Of a stretch of 64,000 nucleotides of DNA, positions 49,541 through 60,260 are shown one piece after another. The DNA is from Squalus acanthias (lineage: Eukaryota). The stretch spans positions 107,696,001-107,760,000 of the forward strand of contig CM059432.1 of the NCBI GenBank assembly GCA_030390025.1, read 5' to 3'. A model generated the notes under the pieces. That model made no database searches. It was not told the origin of the DNA and saw nothing but the letters and a program-made list of their open reading frames with translations. Position 1 is the stretch's first letter. Each line of letters opens with the position of its first letter. The translations under genes were made by a program, and so were the position numbers.

Positions 49541-50491
49541 CTGCCAGTACAGCCCCCATGACTGTGAGCAAGTGTTGTGAGCAGAAGCCTTGGGAGTTCT
49601 TCACTTACGACAACATTCCCTGTTACCAAAGAACTTTGAAATAAGTAAAGAAAGCTGTTGGAGTTGCAGAAAGTAGCAGACAGCCACTCAAATGGCAGAA
49701 CCAATGCAGGTGCAACTGATTGCTGACGATCCATTTAAATATTGCTGCAGGAGCCTCCTTCCTGCTGTTGGACGCCTGCTCTCCCTGTTATTGTTTTGAC
49801 ATGTCGCTAAATTCAATGGCGAGAACGAATACTGCAGATCAGGCATCAAGTGAGCGTTGCACACTCACTGATGTCACGATCTTGGTCATTTAAATCCCTC
49901 TGGCGATTGCGTTTACTGGCACATGAAAAAATGGCGCTCGCCGCAGGAGCCACCACCAGCTGGTGGAAGAGTGCCGGCCGCCATTTTTCCACATTTCATG
50001 GCGGTAACGGGTGGCACAAACCACCCAAATTTCTAGGCCTCTTTGTCTTAACATATTAATAAAAACTTTTGCTGTAAGTTTTGATATTGCTTTATTCATA
50101 TACCCTTTTTGCGGCTCTTAATACTTTATCGCTTTGTTGCTTTTTTTGGCTCTTCCAGTCCGCTGGATTTCCTCTTTTCGTTGCATTTGTGTAAACCCTT
50201 TCTTTTTAGGCTGGGACTAAGATGTATTACTGTTTAACTGTTAAAATGTGGTACAAAAGCTTCGATAGCTGGCATGCAACTTTACCTCCAATTATTTATG
50301 GGAAATTTCCTTGGACCTGCTCCCACTCCCTCGCTGTAGCTTTGCTGGAAATTCTGTTTACATGTGTAAGTGGGGTATCCGTCGTACTTCCAATGAAGCA
50401 AGAGTAGCCCCAAGGAAATTCCCGACCCGTGCAGGCTGTGACTCAGAATATTGCACAGTAAGTAGTATCATGCAGGATAATGCTGTTTTTA

Positions 50492-50641
50492 CAATAGCAA
50501 AATACTGCGGATGCTGGAAATCTGAAACAACAACAGACTGGCGGTAACAGTTCTGACGAAGGGTCATCGACCTGAAACGTTAACTCTGTTTCTCTCTCCA
50601 CGATGCTGCCTGACCCGCTGAGTGTTTCCAACATTTTCTGT
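50492..50641. mobile_element. 150-bp ORF-less Penelope-derived insertion
   Basis: PLE 3' tip plus inverted terminal segment; 14-bp TSD TAATGCT(G/A)TTTTTA (50478-50491, 50642-50655). Confidence 0.85.
50549..50585 (+). ncRNA. Minimal type I hammerhead ribozyme
   Basis: AGUU CUGACGA A GGGUC auc GACCU GAAA CG UU AACU. Confidence 0.8.
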
Positions 50642-51009
50642 TAATGCTATTTTTAGTTGGTAGTACAATGTTTAGAAGACAGAATTTCAAGATGTTTATT
50701 ACTATTTAAGCAACCATAAAATAAAACCCAAGAATGGTAATATAAACTATTATTAAACCAAATGACTGTACACAAAAAACATTTTACTGCTTCATAGTAC
50801 TGGCCTGATTTAAGGTTACACGGCAGAGTTCAGCCCTTGGTTTTCATAGTTTGGTTCCCATATCTTTCTCCAGGTTGAAGCAGTTCAGATCAGGTCTCAT
50901 TAAGAGATTCCTTTGTTTGCTCGAAACCTGATCTGTGCTAGTTTGGTGATTTGAGTACTTCCTTTCTGATCTATGGCATTACAGTTCTTTCCACATAATC
51001 TGCAGGCTG

Positions 51010-51243
51010 ACGGAGAAGGGAGGGGGAGGAGTAAGGCAGAGGGGCTCTGCTGGGGGAGTAGCAGAGATGTGAGGCTGGAGATGCGGCAGGGAGGATGAGG
51101 GGGGTGGAGAAGGTGGGGATGGAGGAGGAGAAAAAAGAGGGAAAGGGGTGGGAGGAGATGGGAGGGTGAGGAAAGGGTGGGCTGATGGAGAAGAAGAAAA
51201 AGGAGGGAGAAGGGTGGGGGAGGAGAGAGGAGGGGGAGGGGAG
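51010..51243. repeat. GA-rich low-complexity tract
   Basis: Strongly purine-biased + strand with many G runs. Confidence 0.8.
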
Positions 51244-52104
51244 GTTTCCTTTAGCTTGTTTTCACATTTTAGCAACTCATGAAATACTAGAAATTGTCCG
51301 CATGCTTTATATTAGCACACAAGGTCATAAATATATTTCCAGAATCTTTTATAAGGTGTAACTCCTACTTACATGTCTCTTTTACAAACACTCCTCCAGA
51401 CAGTCTGTCTGCAGATTTATCACCGTTAGCTTTCCGTTAGTTTATATCTCAAGACTTGCACTAGATTTTGCTGTGTGTGCTGCCTGTTATTGCATGCTTT
51501 TTGCCGACTGCCCTTCCCAACCACTGGTGGTAAAGTACCAGTGAAAAATGCCTCAAGTACCTCTTCTAACTGGGGCTTTTTTCACTGGGGAGCAGGTGGC
51601 TAAGGGGGAAACTGCAAAGGTTTTCAAAATGATGAAGGTTTGGACTCATTGGTGAATCGGTAATAAGGGTCACAGACTGAGACTTATCGCCAGAAGAACA
51701 AAGGGGAATTTAGAAGACATTTTTTCCCCGCAGAGGGCTATTACAACATGGAATGCTTTACCATAAGGCACTATTGAGGTGAAGGCCTAGAGTTTCTTTA
51801 GGATGAGTTGTGTCACTGTTACACCATTAAAGAAAAATTAGCACTGGCCAGTGGCCTGGAGAGGTATTTACACAACGCTTCCTGAGTCAGCTTATTTGCA
51901 TATTCACTGGAGCAGTGTTGTCCAATAGAAATTGCTGACTAGCCACAGGTGTGGCGATGACAACATCGTTTTAGTCACATACACTCATTTTAGTGCCTAC
52001 ACACACTCACACAATACAGGTTGATGTACTTCCCATGTACATATTTACTTCACAAATATCTATCATCATTCATTAACCAAGGAAGTAAAGTGCTCACAAC
52101 GATC

Positions 52105-52275
52105 AAAAAACATAGGATTACATCGGATATACGGCACAGAAACAGGCCATTCGGCCCAACCAGTCCATGCCGGCATTTATGCTCCACATGAGCCTCCTCC
52201 CGTCTTTCCTCATCTAAATCTATCAACATAACTCTCTATTCCCTTTTCCCTCATATGCTTGTCTAGCCTCCCCTT
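52105..52275 (-). mobile_element. CR1 3' fragment
   Basis: Same subfamily as 11682-11940. Confidence 0.82.
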
Positions 52276-52699
52276 ACTCTCACACATTCTGCTCTTCTTA
52301 CCCACTAAACAAACCCACTGAAAGGTTAAAATTCACATGCATACGCTGTACCAATATGAGTATTGAGGTCACTTGCCTGCGACAGTGTCTGTTACTCAGT
52401 CTTTATTTACTAATCAGAAATACAATTAGCCACAATTATAGGACAAAACTGCTCTGGGGTAGTTGCCGTAAATCATCTTTAAAACGGGTGTAATTAGTTG
52501 GAGTGCAATGAAACTGGGGTCTAGCCTTTAAAAAGACTGCACACCAGCAGCAGACTGAAGGACAAGCAGGTAAGGAAGGAACAGTGCTTGGGTCTCTCAC
52601 TTGACTCTCAGATAACTTTTTACATCTCATCAATCTTTTCATCATACTTTTTATGAATTCTGTCCACAGCAGGACCATCTGCACCAAGAAGGTAGCAGG

Positions 52700-54300
52700 G
52701 CAGCAGTTGGTGGCACCAAGCAGGAGAAGAACACAGAAGTTCACAGATTCAGATCCCCAGGCTCTCCTGGAGGAGATAGAGGGCAGGAGGCACAGACTTC
52801 TGGCTGTGGGTGCCACCAAGCCACCCAGGGATATAACTTGTGCCACCTGGAGGGAGGTAGCACTGTCACTGAGTACCAACTCAGAACAATGCCAGAATGA
52901 ATTCAATGATCTCACCAGGGCAGGCAAGGTAACACACTAGCACTCTCTCCTTTTCTTCATTGCCTAGCCTGGGCACCAGCACACTCTTCACCCTCTTAAA
53001 AGAACACTTCTATAATGCACTCTGGTTAAGAGGGCCTCTAACTTAAGATCTTGCATTATGACTAGCTAGCTCTTCTTACTAATTAGTTACATGCACAATC
53101 CTAAAACCCCTCCTCCACTTTAACAGGCTCATACCTCATATCTCTTACTTCAGCTCTCCTATGCCTCTTGCCACATGCTCCTTAACTGCGAGCCTTATCT
53201 TCATTCACTCCATCTTCTTGCAGGAGAAGTTGGGGGCACAATGACGGGCAGGGACATCCCCGACATGATACAACTGATATCCTATGAGGAGAAGGCAATG
53301 CATCTTGTGGGGAGGCACTCAGGCCTTGCTGTGGGAGAATGCAAGGTCGGCGGGAGATTAGAGCCTGAACACCTACTCTGTGATCCTGGCTTCCCTGTGA
53401 AACACCACACAGACACAACTTTCTACCCTCTTCTCCATCTCCTTAATCCCAAGGAGTAGTTCTTACCCAGTCATAGCATCTACTTTCCCTTTCCTGCAGA
53501 TCCACCACAGCAATGGTGTCACAGGAAAAGGACGCTGATGATAATGATGAAGAGGAGGAGGATGAGGATGTCGAGCAGCAGGAAAGAGATTTCTTCCTGG
53601 TCGATTATGATGATCATGAGGAAGAGGATGATGAGGATCAGGCCACTCTGGAGTCCCTGCAGCATGATCCTGACCCAACCCCCTCCAACTCACCCGAGGC
53701 CCATTGTTTTCAAACTCCCAGGCATCGGCTCAGATCCTGTCAGCTGGGGGGCAATTAGATAGTGTTAGTGAGGGTGCGTCACTGGGTGATTCACAGAGCA
53801 CAAGGGAACCAGAGAAATGGATGAAGATGTGCCACCTTCCCAGTGGAGGCCGAGTAGAAAGCTGCCAATGGCTTCGGAGTCATGTCACCCAGAACTTATC
53901 GGTGCTCGCTGAAAAGAAGGGCATCGCACGTACATGAATGTTCTGACGTCAATCTCTGAAGATTTGTGGCAAATGATAGGTGTGGCTCTTGAGTCTATAA
54001 TTGCTTTGTGCAACGTGATGGATGCTTTGTCCTTGTTGTAGGAACCAATGGAGTGAGTGGCAGCTTCATTGGAATTTGCAGCAGAACCCCAACTAAGAGG
54101 AGGCCAGGGACCAGTTAGTGCCTCGACCTCTACAAAAGTAGCTTTGGAGGCTATAGGGGACAGGATAGAATGCAGCCTGCATAAAGACCATGGTGGCCAT
54201 TTTGTCTCAAGGCTTTCAAAGGTCTGAGAGCGGCCGTTAGACCAGCCATTGCACTGAGCAGTGGGGTCACAGATCCAGGGCCATGAGTAACTGCTATGAG
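52700..54300 (+). pseudogene. Divergent, degraded Harbinger-type Myb/SANT gene (three-exon relic)
   Basis: RTQKFTDSDPQALLEEIEGRR...WREVA...QCQNEFNDLTRAGK|GT; acceptors TTGCAG|GAGAAG (~53224) and CTGCAG|ATCC (~53500); acidic exon 3. Confidence 0.7.
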
Positions 54301-54324
54301 ATGAGGGCCACCTCACACCCACAA

Positions 54325-54652
54325 GAAAGAAAGAACTTTCATTTGTATAGCACCTTTCACAACTTCAGGATGCCACAAAGGTCTTTACAGCCAATGAAGT
54401 ACTTTTGAAGTGTTGTCACTATTGTAATGTAGGAAATGCAGCAGCCAATATGTGCACAGCAATGTCCCACAAACAACAATGTGATAATGACCAGATAATC
54501 TGTTTTAGTGATGTTGGTTGAGGAATAAATATTTGCCAGGCACCAAAAGAGAATTCCCTTGCTCTTCTTCGAAATAGGATCTTTTATGTCTGCCTGAGGG
54601 GGCAGACAGGGCCTCAGTTTAATATCTCACCGGAAAGACGACACCTACAATA
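54325..54652 (-). mobile_element. Deu-domain SINE
   Basis: Reverse complement of the 61218-61617 family. Confidence 0.72.
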
Positions 54653-54709
54653 CTGGGTTTGTCCGGTTTTATTCTATGTAGTGGTTTGATACAACTGAGT
54701 GGCTTGCTA

Positions 54710-54842
54710 GGTAAAGATATCAAGGGATGTGGATCAAAGATGGGTAAAATGGAGTTGAGGTACAGATCAGCCATGATCTCATTGAATGGTGGAGCAGGCT
54801 CGAGGGGCTGAATGGCCTACTCCTGATTCTATGTACCTATCA
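54710..54842 (+). mobile_element. CR1 3' end fragment
   Basis: GATCAGCCATGATCTCATTGAATGG...GGCCTACTCCTG, as at 46385. Confidence 0.75.
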
Positions 54843-55110
54843 AATCAGGCGTGAATGGCTTCTGCTCAAATTTCCTGCCAGAAAACATTTCCTGCACCGG
54901 TTTTGTACGACTGATGCATCAAAAGCGCATGAGAAAATTCACTCCCAGAAAGAATAACGTCAGTTGAAAGAGGAATGGGTAAGTATTTGAAAAAGAGAAA
55001 CATAAAAGGCTATCTCGAAATTCCATTAGGTTAGACAGCTCCAGCTGAAGAGCTAGCACCGGCACAGGTGAGATGGGCTGAATGGCCTCCTTGTGCGGTG
55101 TAAGCTCTAT

Positions 55111-55688
55111 AGGCGTGATGTTCACCCACCCCACAATGGGCAGAAGAGGGTCGGGGAGGTTAAAAACTTAAATATGGGGAATGCGTCCCCAACATGCCAC
55201 GCAAGCGGCCACTGCCGTTTTTACAGCGGCGGATATCGGAGCGCCCGAGTGTTGCTCCGTGGAGAGGCAGGACACTTCATTAACAGATTTGAATCAGGCT
55301 CCCACAGCCAATTTAAAATTAATTCCCAGGGGCCGGGAAACCCAGCAGTGAAAGGGGGGCAGGAGCTGCCGGCTACACAACGAGTGCTCCCCCCACTCCC
55401 TCAAGGAAGCTTTGGCCTCCCACCTGCTGATCGTGGCCTCTTTCTTCCCCCCGCTGTGTTTGCCGACCTCCCCCCCACTCCCATTCCCAATTGCCGGGGA
55501 CCGTCCCCAAGGGACCTCGGCTGCGGCCTCCTCCTGCTGTATTTCCCTCCTGGCTGCCGAACAGCCTGTCAAGTTGACCAGCTGCCGGGTGGGAAATGGA
55601 ACAAAAAAGTTTGACCTTGCTGGACTCTTCGCCCGTTTTCGGCCCCCCAAACCCTTACGCTCCCCTCCTCCCGGTAATTATCAGGGCC
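55111..55688. mobile_element. Degraded Harbinger-type MITE inserted in a CR1 tail
   Basis: Imperfect 16-bp TIRs (10/16 match); TSD TAT/TGT; flanks rejoin as ...GCTCTAT|GATTCTGTGA. Confidence 0.55.
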
Positions 55689-56181
55689 TGTGATTCTGTG
55701 ACAATTATTGTAACTCTGCATGCTCAACATAACGTCCCAGTGAGTTTGGAAAGTAGCCCATGCACTGAGGGCTGATAAGACTACAATAAGTGAGAAAGAA
55801 ATCGTCATACTGATGTGCCCAGAAAGTTCATAAACAATACTTTGCCATATATGAGAGGTTTAAATGCTGTGACCTGGACACTGAACTCCCTTACCACATT
55901 TATAAATCTTCTCACCTATCCTTCTCCACCTTTGTAGTGCCCTGCACTCTGATCCTTTGCTGCTTGCTCCATGGATAGAGGGCATCATGGAATAAACTTT
56001 GATCTTCAGGCCTCCATTATGGATGGAGGGTCAAGGAGAGGGAGATGCATGGCTGAATTCCCAATATACGCTGAAGACACAAATTCCCCTCCCGACAGAT
56101 AACTTTTACCATTTTTCTTTTTCTCTTTCTTCCTCTTGTACATTCCTCCTCTCCTGCTCCAATCAACACACGTACGATATA

Positions 56182-56359
56182 GGGCTAAATTTTTAACTGG
56201 TCACCTAGATATAAAACTGATGTTGCGGATCGGCCCTTCATTCTAGAAACCGCCTGATTTTCACTTCCATTGTGGAAATGATAATTGTACGGTTTCTATA
56301 ACAGTCACTGACCCGGAACGCCAATTTTACACCTGGGTGACAGGTTGAAAATCTACCCC
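56182..56359. mobile_element. 178-bp fold-back MITE
   Basis: GGGCTAAATTTTTAACTGGTCACCTAGATATAAAACTG is imperfectly complementary to CAATTTTACACCTGGGTGACAGGTTGAAAATCTACCCC; flanks ATA/ATC. Confidence 0.75.
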
Positions 56360-57459
56360 ATCGATGTCTATCTGAAAGACAGGACTACCACATTGGGCAA
56401 ATCTTGGCCTGAGAAATTTAATCACAGTCAGTAACTCATGCACGGTATTATCTTGCAGCAAACGTTTACCTGTTCTCTGCTCAGACTCCATGGTGTAGTG
56501 AGTTCGGAACTGAGAGTGATACTGACTGATGCTAATGGCGTGTGGTCATCTTGAATTTCATTTGAACCAATTGAGAAAACCTCCGATCTAGGATTTGGGC
56601 ACAAAATCATCTGGGAAACATCACTGTGTGTACCAATGATACCAATGAAAATAGTGTTAGGTGTGTACACATGAACCTTTGTATAATAACATGTCCATAT
56701 AAAATCATCTTCAGCTCTCTCAGTTACTATATTTTTGGTAGCATTCTTGCCTCTGAGTTGGAATGTTGCAGGTTCAAGTCCCAGTCCAGGACCCTGTAGA
56801 CTGTACGGGGTGTTCGCAATCTCAAAAACTTGCATTTATATAGCTCCTTTAACATAGTGAAACATTCCAGGTGCTTCACAGGAGCGTAGTCATATACTGA
56901 GCCAAAGAAGGAGACATTAGGACAGGTGACAAAAGCTTGGTTAAAGAGGTCGGTTTTAAGGTGAGGAGAGAGAGAGGTGGAGAAGCAGAGAGGTTTAGGG
57001 AGGGAATACCATAGCTTAAGTCTTTGACGGCTGAAGGCACGGTCACAAATGGTTCCTCTAAGGAAGTGGGGGATGCGAAAGAAGCCAGAGTTGGAGGAAC
57101 ACAGAGTTCTAGGAGGGTTGTAGGGTTGGAGAGTGGTGTACATCCACTCCTGTTATTTTTAGGCTCCCAGTGAGAGAAAGAGAGGCTTATTGGGTGCCCA
57201 GCTGGCTGCCATCATGCACTCCTCATGGTCCTAGTGCGCTAAAATAACAACAGTGGATGTACATTTCATCACAAGAGATAGGGAGGGGCGAGACCATGGA
57301 GGGATTTGAACATGAGGATGAGAATATTAAAATCAAGGCGTTGCTGGACATAATTCCAATGTGATAGCAAAATACTGCAGATGCTGGAAATCCGAAATAA
57401 CAACAGAAAATGCTGGAAAAACTCAGCAGGCGAGGCAGCATCCGTGGAGAGAGAAACAG

Positions 57460-57496
57460 AGTTAACGTTTCAGGTCGAAGACCTTTCATCAGAACT
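57460..57496 (-). ncRNA. Minimal type I hammerhead ribozyme
   Basis: AGUU CUGAUGA A AGGUC uuc GACCU GAAA CG UU AACU. Confidence 0.82.
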
Positions 57497-57774
57497 GGAA
57501 ACAGCAGGAAATCAAATAGATTTAAAGCAAGGATAAAGCTGGGAAAAGGGGGAGGGGATAAAAGAACAAAAGGAGTGATTAAGAGACATTAAGAGACATT
57601 AAGAGATATCAAGGCAAGAGGTGGTGTTAATGTGACAGGTTAAGGCTGAAAGAAGTGTGAAATGCAATGGCAGAATGAAGGACAGCTGCCAGCTTCTAGG
57701 AGGAACAAAAAAAAGGGGGGGGGCAAATAAAAGGGTGGATGAGAAAATAAAATATAAATGTGATGGGGCTAAGG

Positions 57775-58890
57775 TTATGATCTAAAATTGTTGAACTCGA
57801 TATTGAGTCCAGAGGGCTGCAGCGTGCCTAAACGAAAGATGAGGTGCTGTTCCTCGAGCTTACGCTGCGCTTCCGTGGAACAGTGTAATAGGCCGAGGAC
57901 GGTGATGTCAGAGTGGGAGTGAAGCGGTGAATTAAAGTGACAGGCGACCGGGAGCTTGGGGTCCCCCTTACGGACTGAACGGAGGTGTTCCGCAAAGCGG
58001 TCACCCAATCTGCGTTTGGTCTCCCCAATGTAGAGGAGACCACATCGTGAGCAGCGAATACAGTATACTAAATTGCAGGAAGTACAAGTAAATCGCTGTT
58101 TCACCTGGAAGGGGTGTTTGGGGCCCTGGACAGTGGGAAGAGGGGAGGTATAAGGGCATGTGCTGCATCTCCTGTGCTTGCATGGGAAGGTCCTGGGCGA
58201 AGGGGAAGGGGTGCTCGGGGTGGTAGAGGAGTGGACTAGGGTGTCGCGGAGGGAGCGGTCCCTGCGGAATGCTGAAAGGGGAGGTGAGGGGAAGATGCGT
58301 TTGGTGGTGGGATCACGCTGGAGGTGGCGGAAATGGCGGAGGATGATCCGTTGAATGTGGAGGCTGGTGGGGTGAAAGGTGAGGACAAGGGGAACTCTAT
58401 CGTGGTTCCGGGAGGGAGGGGCGGGGGTGAGGGCAGAAGTGCGGGAGATAGAACGGACACGGTCGAGGGCCGTATTGACCACGGTAGAGGGGAATCTTCG
58501 GTTGAGGAAAAAGGAAGACATGTCGGAAGCACTGGTATGGAAGGTGGCATCATCAGAGCAGATGCGGCGGAGATGGAGAAACTGGGAGAATGGAATAGAG
58601 TCCTTACAGGAAGCGGGGTGGGAGGAAGTGTAGTCCAGGTAGCTGTGGGAGTCAGTGGGCTTGTAGTGAATGTTAGTCAATAACCTATCTCCAGAGATGG
58701 AGACGGAGAAGTCGAGGAAGGGAAGGGAAGAGTCGGAGATGGACCATGTGAAGGTGAGGGAAGGGTGGAAATTGGAAGCATAGTGAATGAAATGTTCTAG
58801 TTCAGGGCGAGAGCAGGAGACGGCATCGATACAGTCATCAATGTACCGGAAAAAGAGGTGAGGGAGGGGACCCGAGTAGGACTGGAACAA
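57775..58890 (-). CDS. Penelope RT (partial) + GIY-YIG endonuclease; uninterrupted but 5'-truncated ORF
   Basis: FRYIDDC, FLD, HYKPT, VYCIRCSRCGLLYIGET..L..RF.EH, GLN. Confidence 0.93.
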   Translation of the reverse strand: MFQSYSGPLPHLFFRYIDDCIDAVSCSRPELEHFIHYASNFHPSLTFTWSISDSSLPFLDFSVSISGDRLLTNIHYKPTDSHSYLDYTSSHPASCKDSIPFSQFLHLRRICSDDATFHTSASDMSSFFLNRRFPSTVVNTALDRVRSISRTSALTPAPPSRNHDRVPLVLTFHPTSLHIQRIILRHFRHLQRDPTTKRIFPSPPLSAFRRDRSLRDTLVHSSTTPSTPSPSPRTFPCKHRRCSTCPYTSPLPTVQGPKHPFQVKQRFTCTSCNLVYCIRCSRCGLLYIGETKRRLGDRFAEHLRSVRKGDPKLPVACHFNSPLHSHSDITVLGLLHCSTEAQRKLEEQHLIFRLGTLQPSGLNIEFNNFRS

Positions 58891-59193
58891 AGAGTGTTCA
58901 ACAATTTTAGATCATAACCTTAGCCCCATCACATTTATATTTTATTTTCTCATCCACCCTTTTATTTGCCCCCCCCCCTTTTTTTTCCTCCTAGAAGCTG
59001 GCAGCTGTCCTTCATTCTGCCATTGCATTTCACACTTCTTTCAGCCTTAACCTGTCACATTAACACCACCTCTTGCCTTGATATCTCTTAATGTCTCTTA
59101 ATGTCTCTTAATCTCTCCTTTTGTTCTTTTATCCCCTCCCCCCATTCCCAGCTTTATCCTTGCTTTAAATCTATTTGATTTCCTGCTGTCTAC

Positions 59194-59230
59194 AGTTCTG
59201 ATGAAAGGTCTTCGACCTGAAACGTTAACT
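59194..59230 (+). ncRNA. Minimal type I hammerhead ribozyme (inverted copy)
   Basis: AGTT CTGATGA A AGGTC TTC GACCT GAAA CG TT AACT. Confidence 0.82.
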
Positions 59231-60014
59231 CTGTTTCTCTCTCCATGGATGCTGCCTCACCTGCTGAGTTTTTCCAGCATTTTCTGTTGATAATTCCAAT
59301 GTAGGTTGGCAAGCAGAGGGGTGATGGGTGGACGGGACTTGTTGCAAGTTAGGATACAGTCGGCAGAGCTTTGGATGAGCTCAAGTTTATGGAGGGTGGA
59401 AGATGGGAGGCCGGCCAGGAGAGCATTGGAAAAGTCGAGTCTGGAGGTGACAAAAGCATGGATGAGGGTTTCAGCAGCAGATGGGCTGAGGCAGGGGTGG
59501 AGACGAGAGATGTTACGGAGATGGACATAAATCCTGACCAGGCCCCACTGGCAGCACCTTCATCTGTCGTTGTGGAGGCCAGTACACTTCCCCTCACTTG
59601 GAGTACCATCCCCCACTCATACGTTAGGTTCCACTGGACCCTGAGCAGTGGGAATTCCCAGCACGGGGAATGCCTGCCCCCCCTCCGCTGGCCACCATTT
59701 GCTTTAGGGGAGGTGCTACATTTTACATGGCAGGCAGGAAACTCACAGAAAACCACCCTTCATCCCCTTAGCAATGCTGGAGAGCCAGAACACTCCTGCT
59801 GCTCCGCATTGCTAAGGTATTAATGAAGGAAAGTATGTCAGGCGAAGCATCTCCTTCCTGAAAATTCCAGCCAAATATGGGCAGGTGTATCCAGGGTCTG
59901 CTGTCACTTCCAGAGGAAAGGGTTTGGCAAGAAGGTCGGGCACTGGGACTCAGGATAACTTCCCTCTCCCTACCTGAAAGTGGCTGATAAGGGGGAGGAT
60001 AATCTAGCCCCTAG

Positions 60015-60260
60015 TGCCCTCTTGGCTCACCCGAGTCGCAAGGTTGTGAGTTCAAGCCCCACATGCACATATAACCTAAGTTGGTACTCCAGTGCAGTGC
60101 CGAGTGTTGTGCTGCTTTGTCAGAGATGACATCTTTCAGAAGTTGCATCTGCCTGTTCAGATGGATGTAAAAGATTCCACAGCACTATCTGAAGATCCCT
60201 TAACCAACACCACTAAAACAGTTTGTTCATCTCATTGCTGTTTGTGGGACCTGCAGTGAA
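60015..60260 (+). mobile_element. Degraded Deu-domain SINE with tRNA-like head
   Basis: GAGTTCAAGCCC B-box-like motif; GATGGATGTAAAAGATTCCAC; CTCATTGCTGTTTGTGGGA. Confidence 0.6.

Larger units (their letters stand above)
39339..50039. mobile_element. Harbinger H6 (family B), left arm missing; hosts H5 and CR1-b
   Basis: Myb tail 39339-39527; transposase remnants 43952-45082 and 49541-49559 (-); right TIR AAATTTCTAGGCC; collinear with H2. Confidence 0.85.
57363..59289 (-). mobile_element. Penelope-like element, 5'-truncated, with inverted terminal repeat
   Basis: 13-bp TSD ATAATTCCAATGT (57350-57362, 59290-59302); inverted repeats 57401-57796 and 58896-59289. Confidence 0.95.
56826..59522 (-). 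mobile_element. L2-like LINE 3' region in pieces (~56826-57130, ~57270-57362, 59290-59522)
   Basis: Y.P.RTL.SS...RAFS...LWYSLP...LKT.LF C-terminus; tail shared with the Deu SINEs; split by a PLE. Confidence 0.68.

Noticed and set aside
45082..49545. CTGCC as the TSD of CR1-b
   Set aside because: Comparison with H2 (~19620-19650) suggests ~27 bp of target is missing, so target deletion with microhomology fits as well; unresolved.
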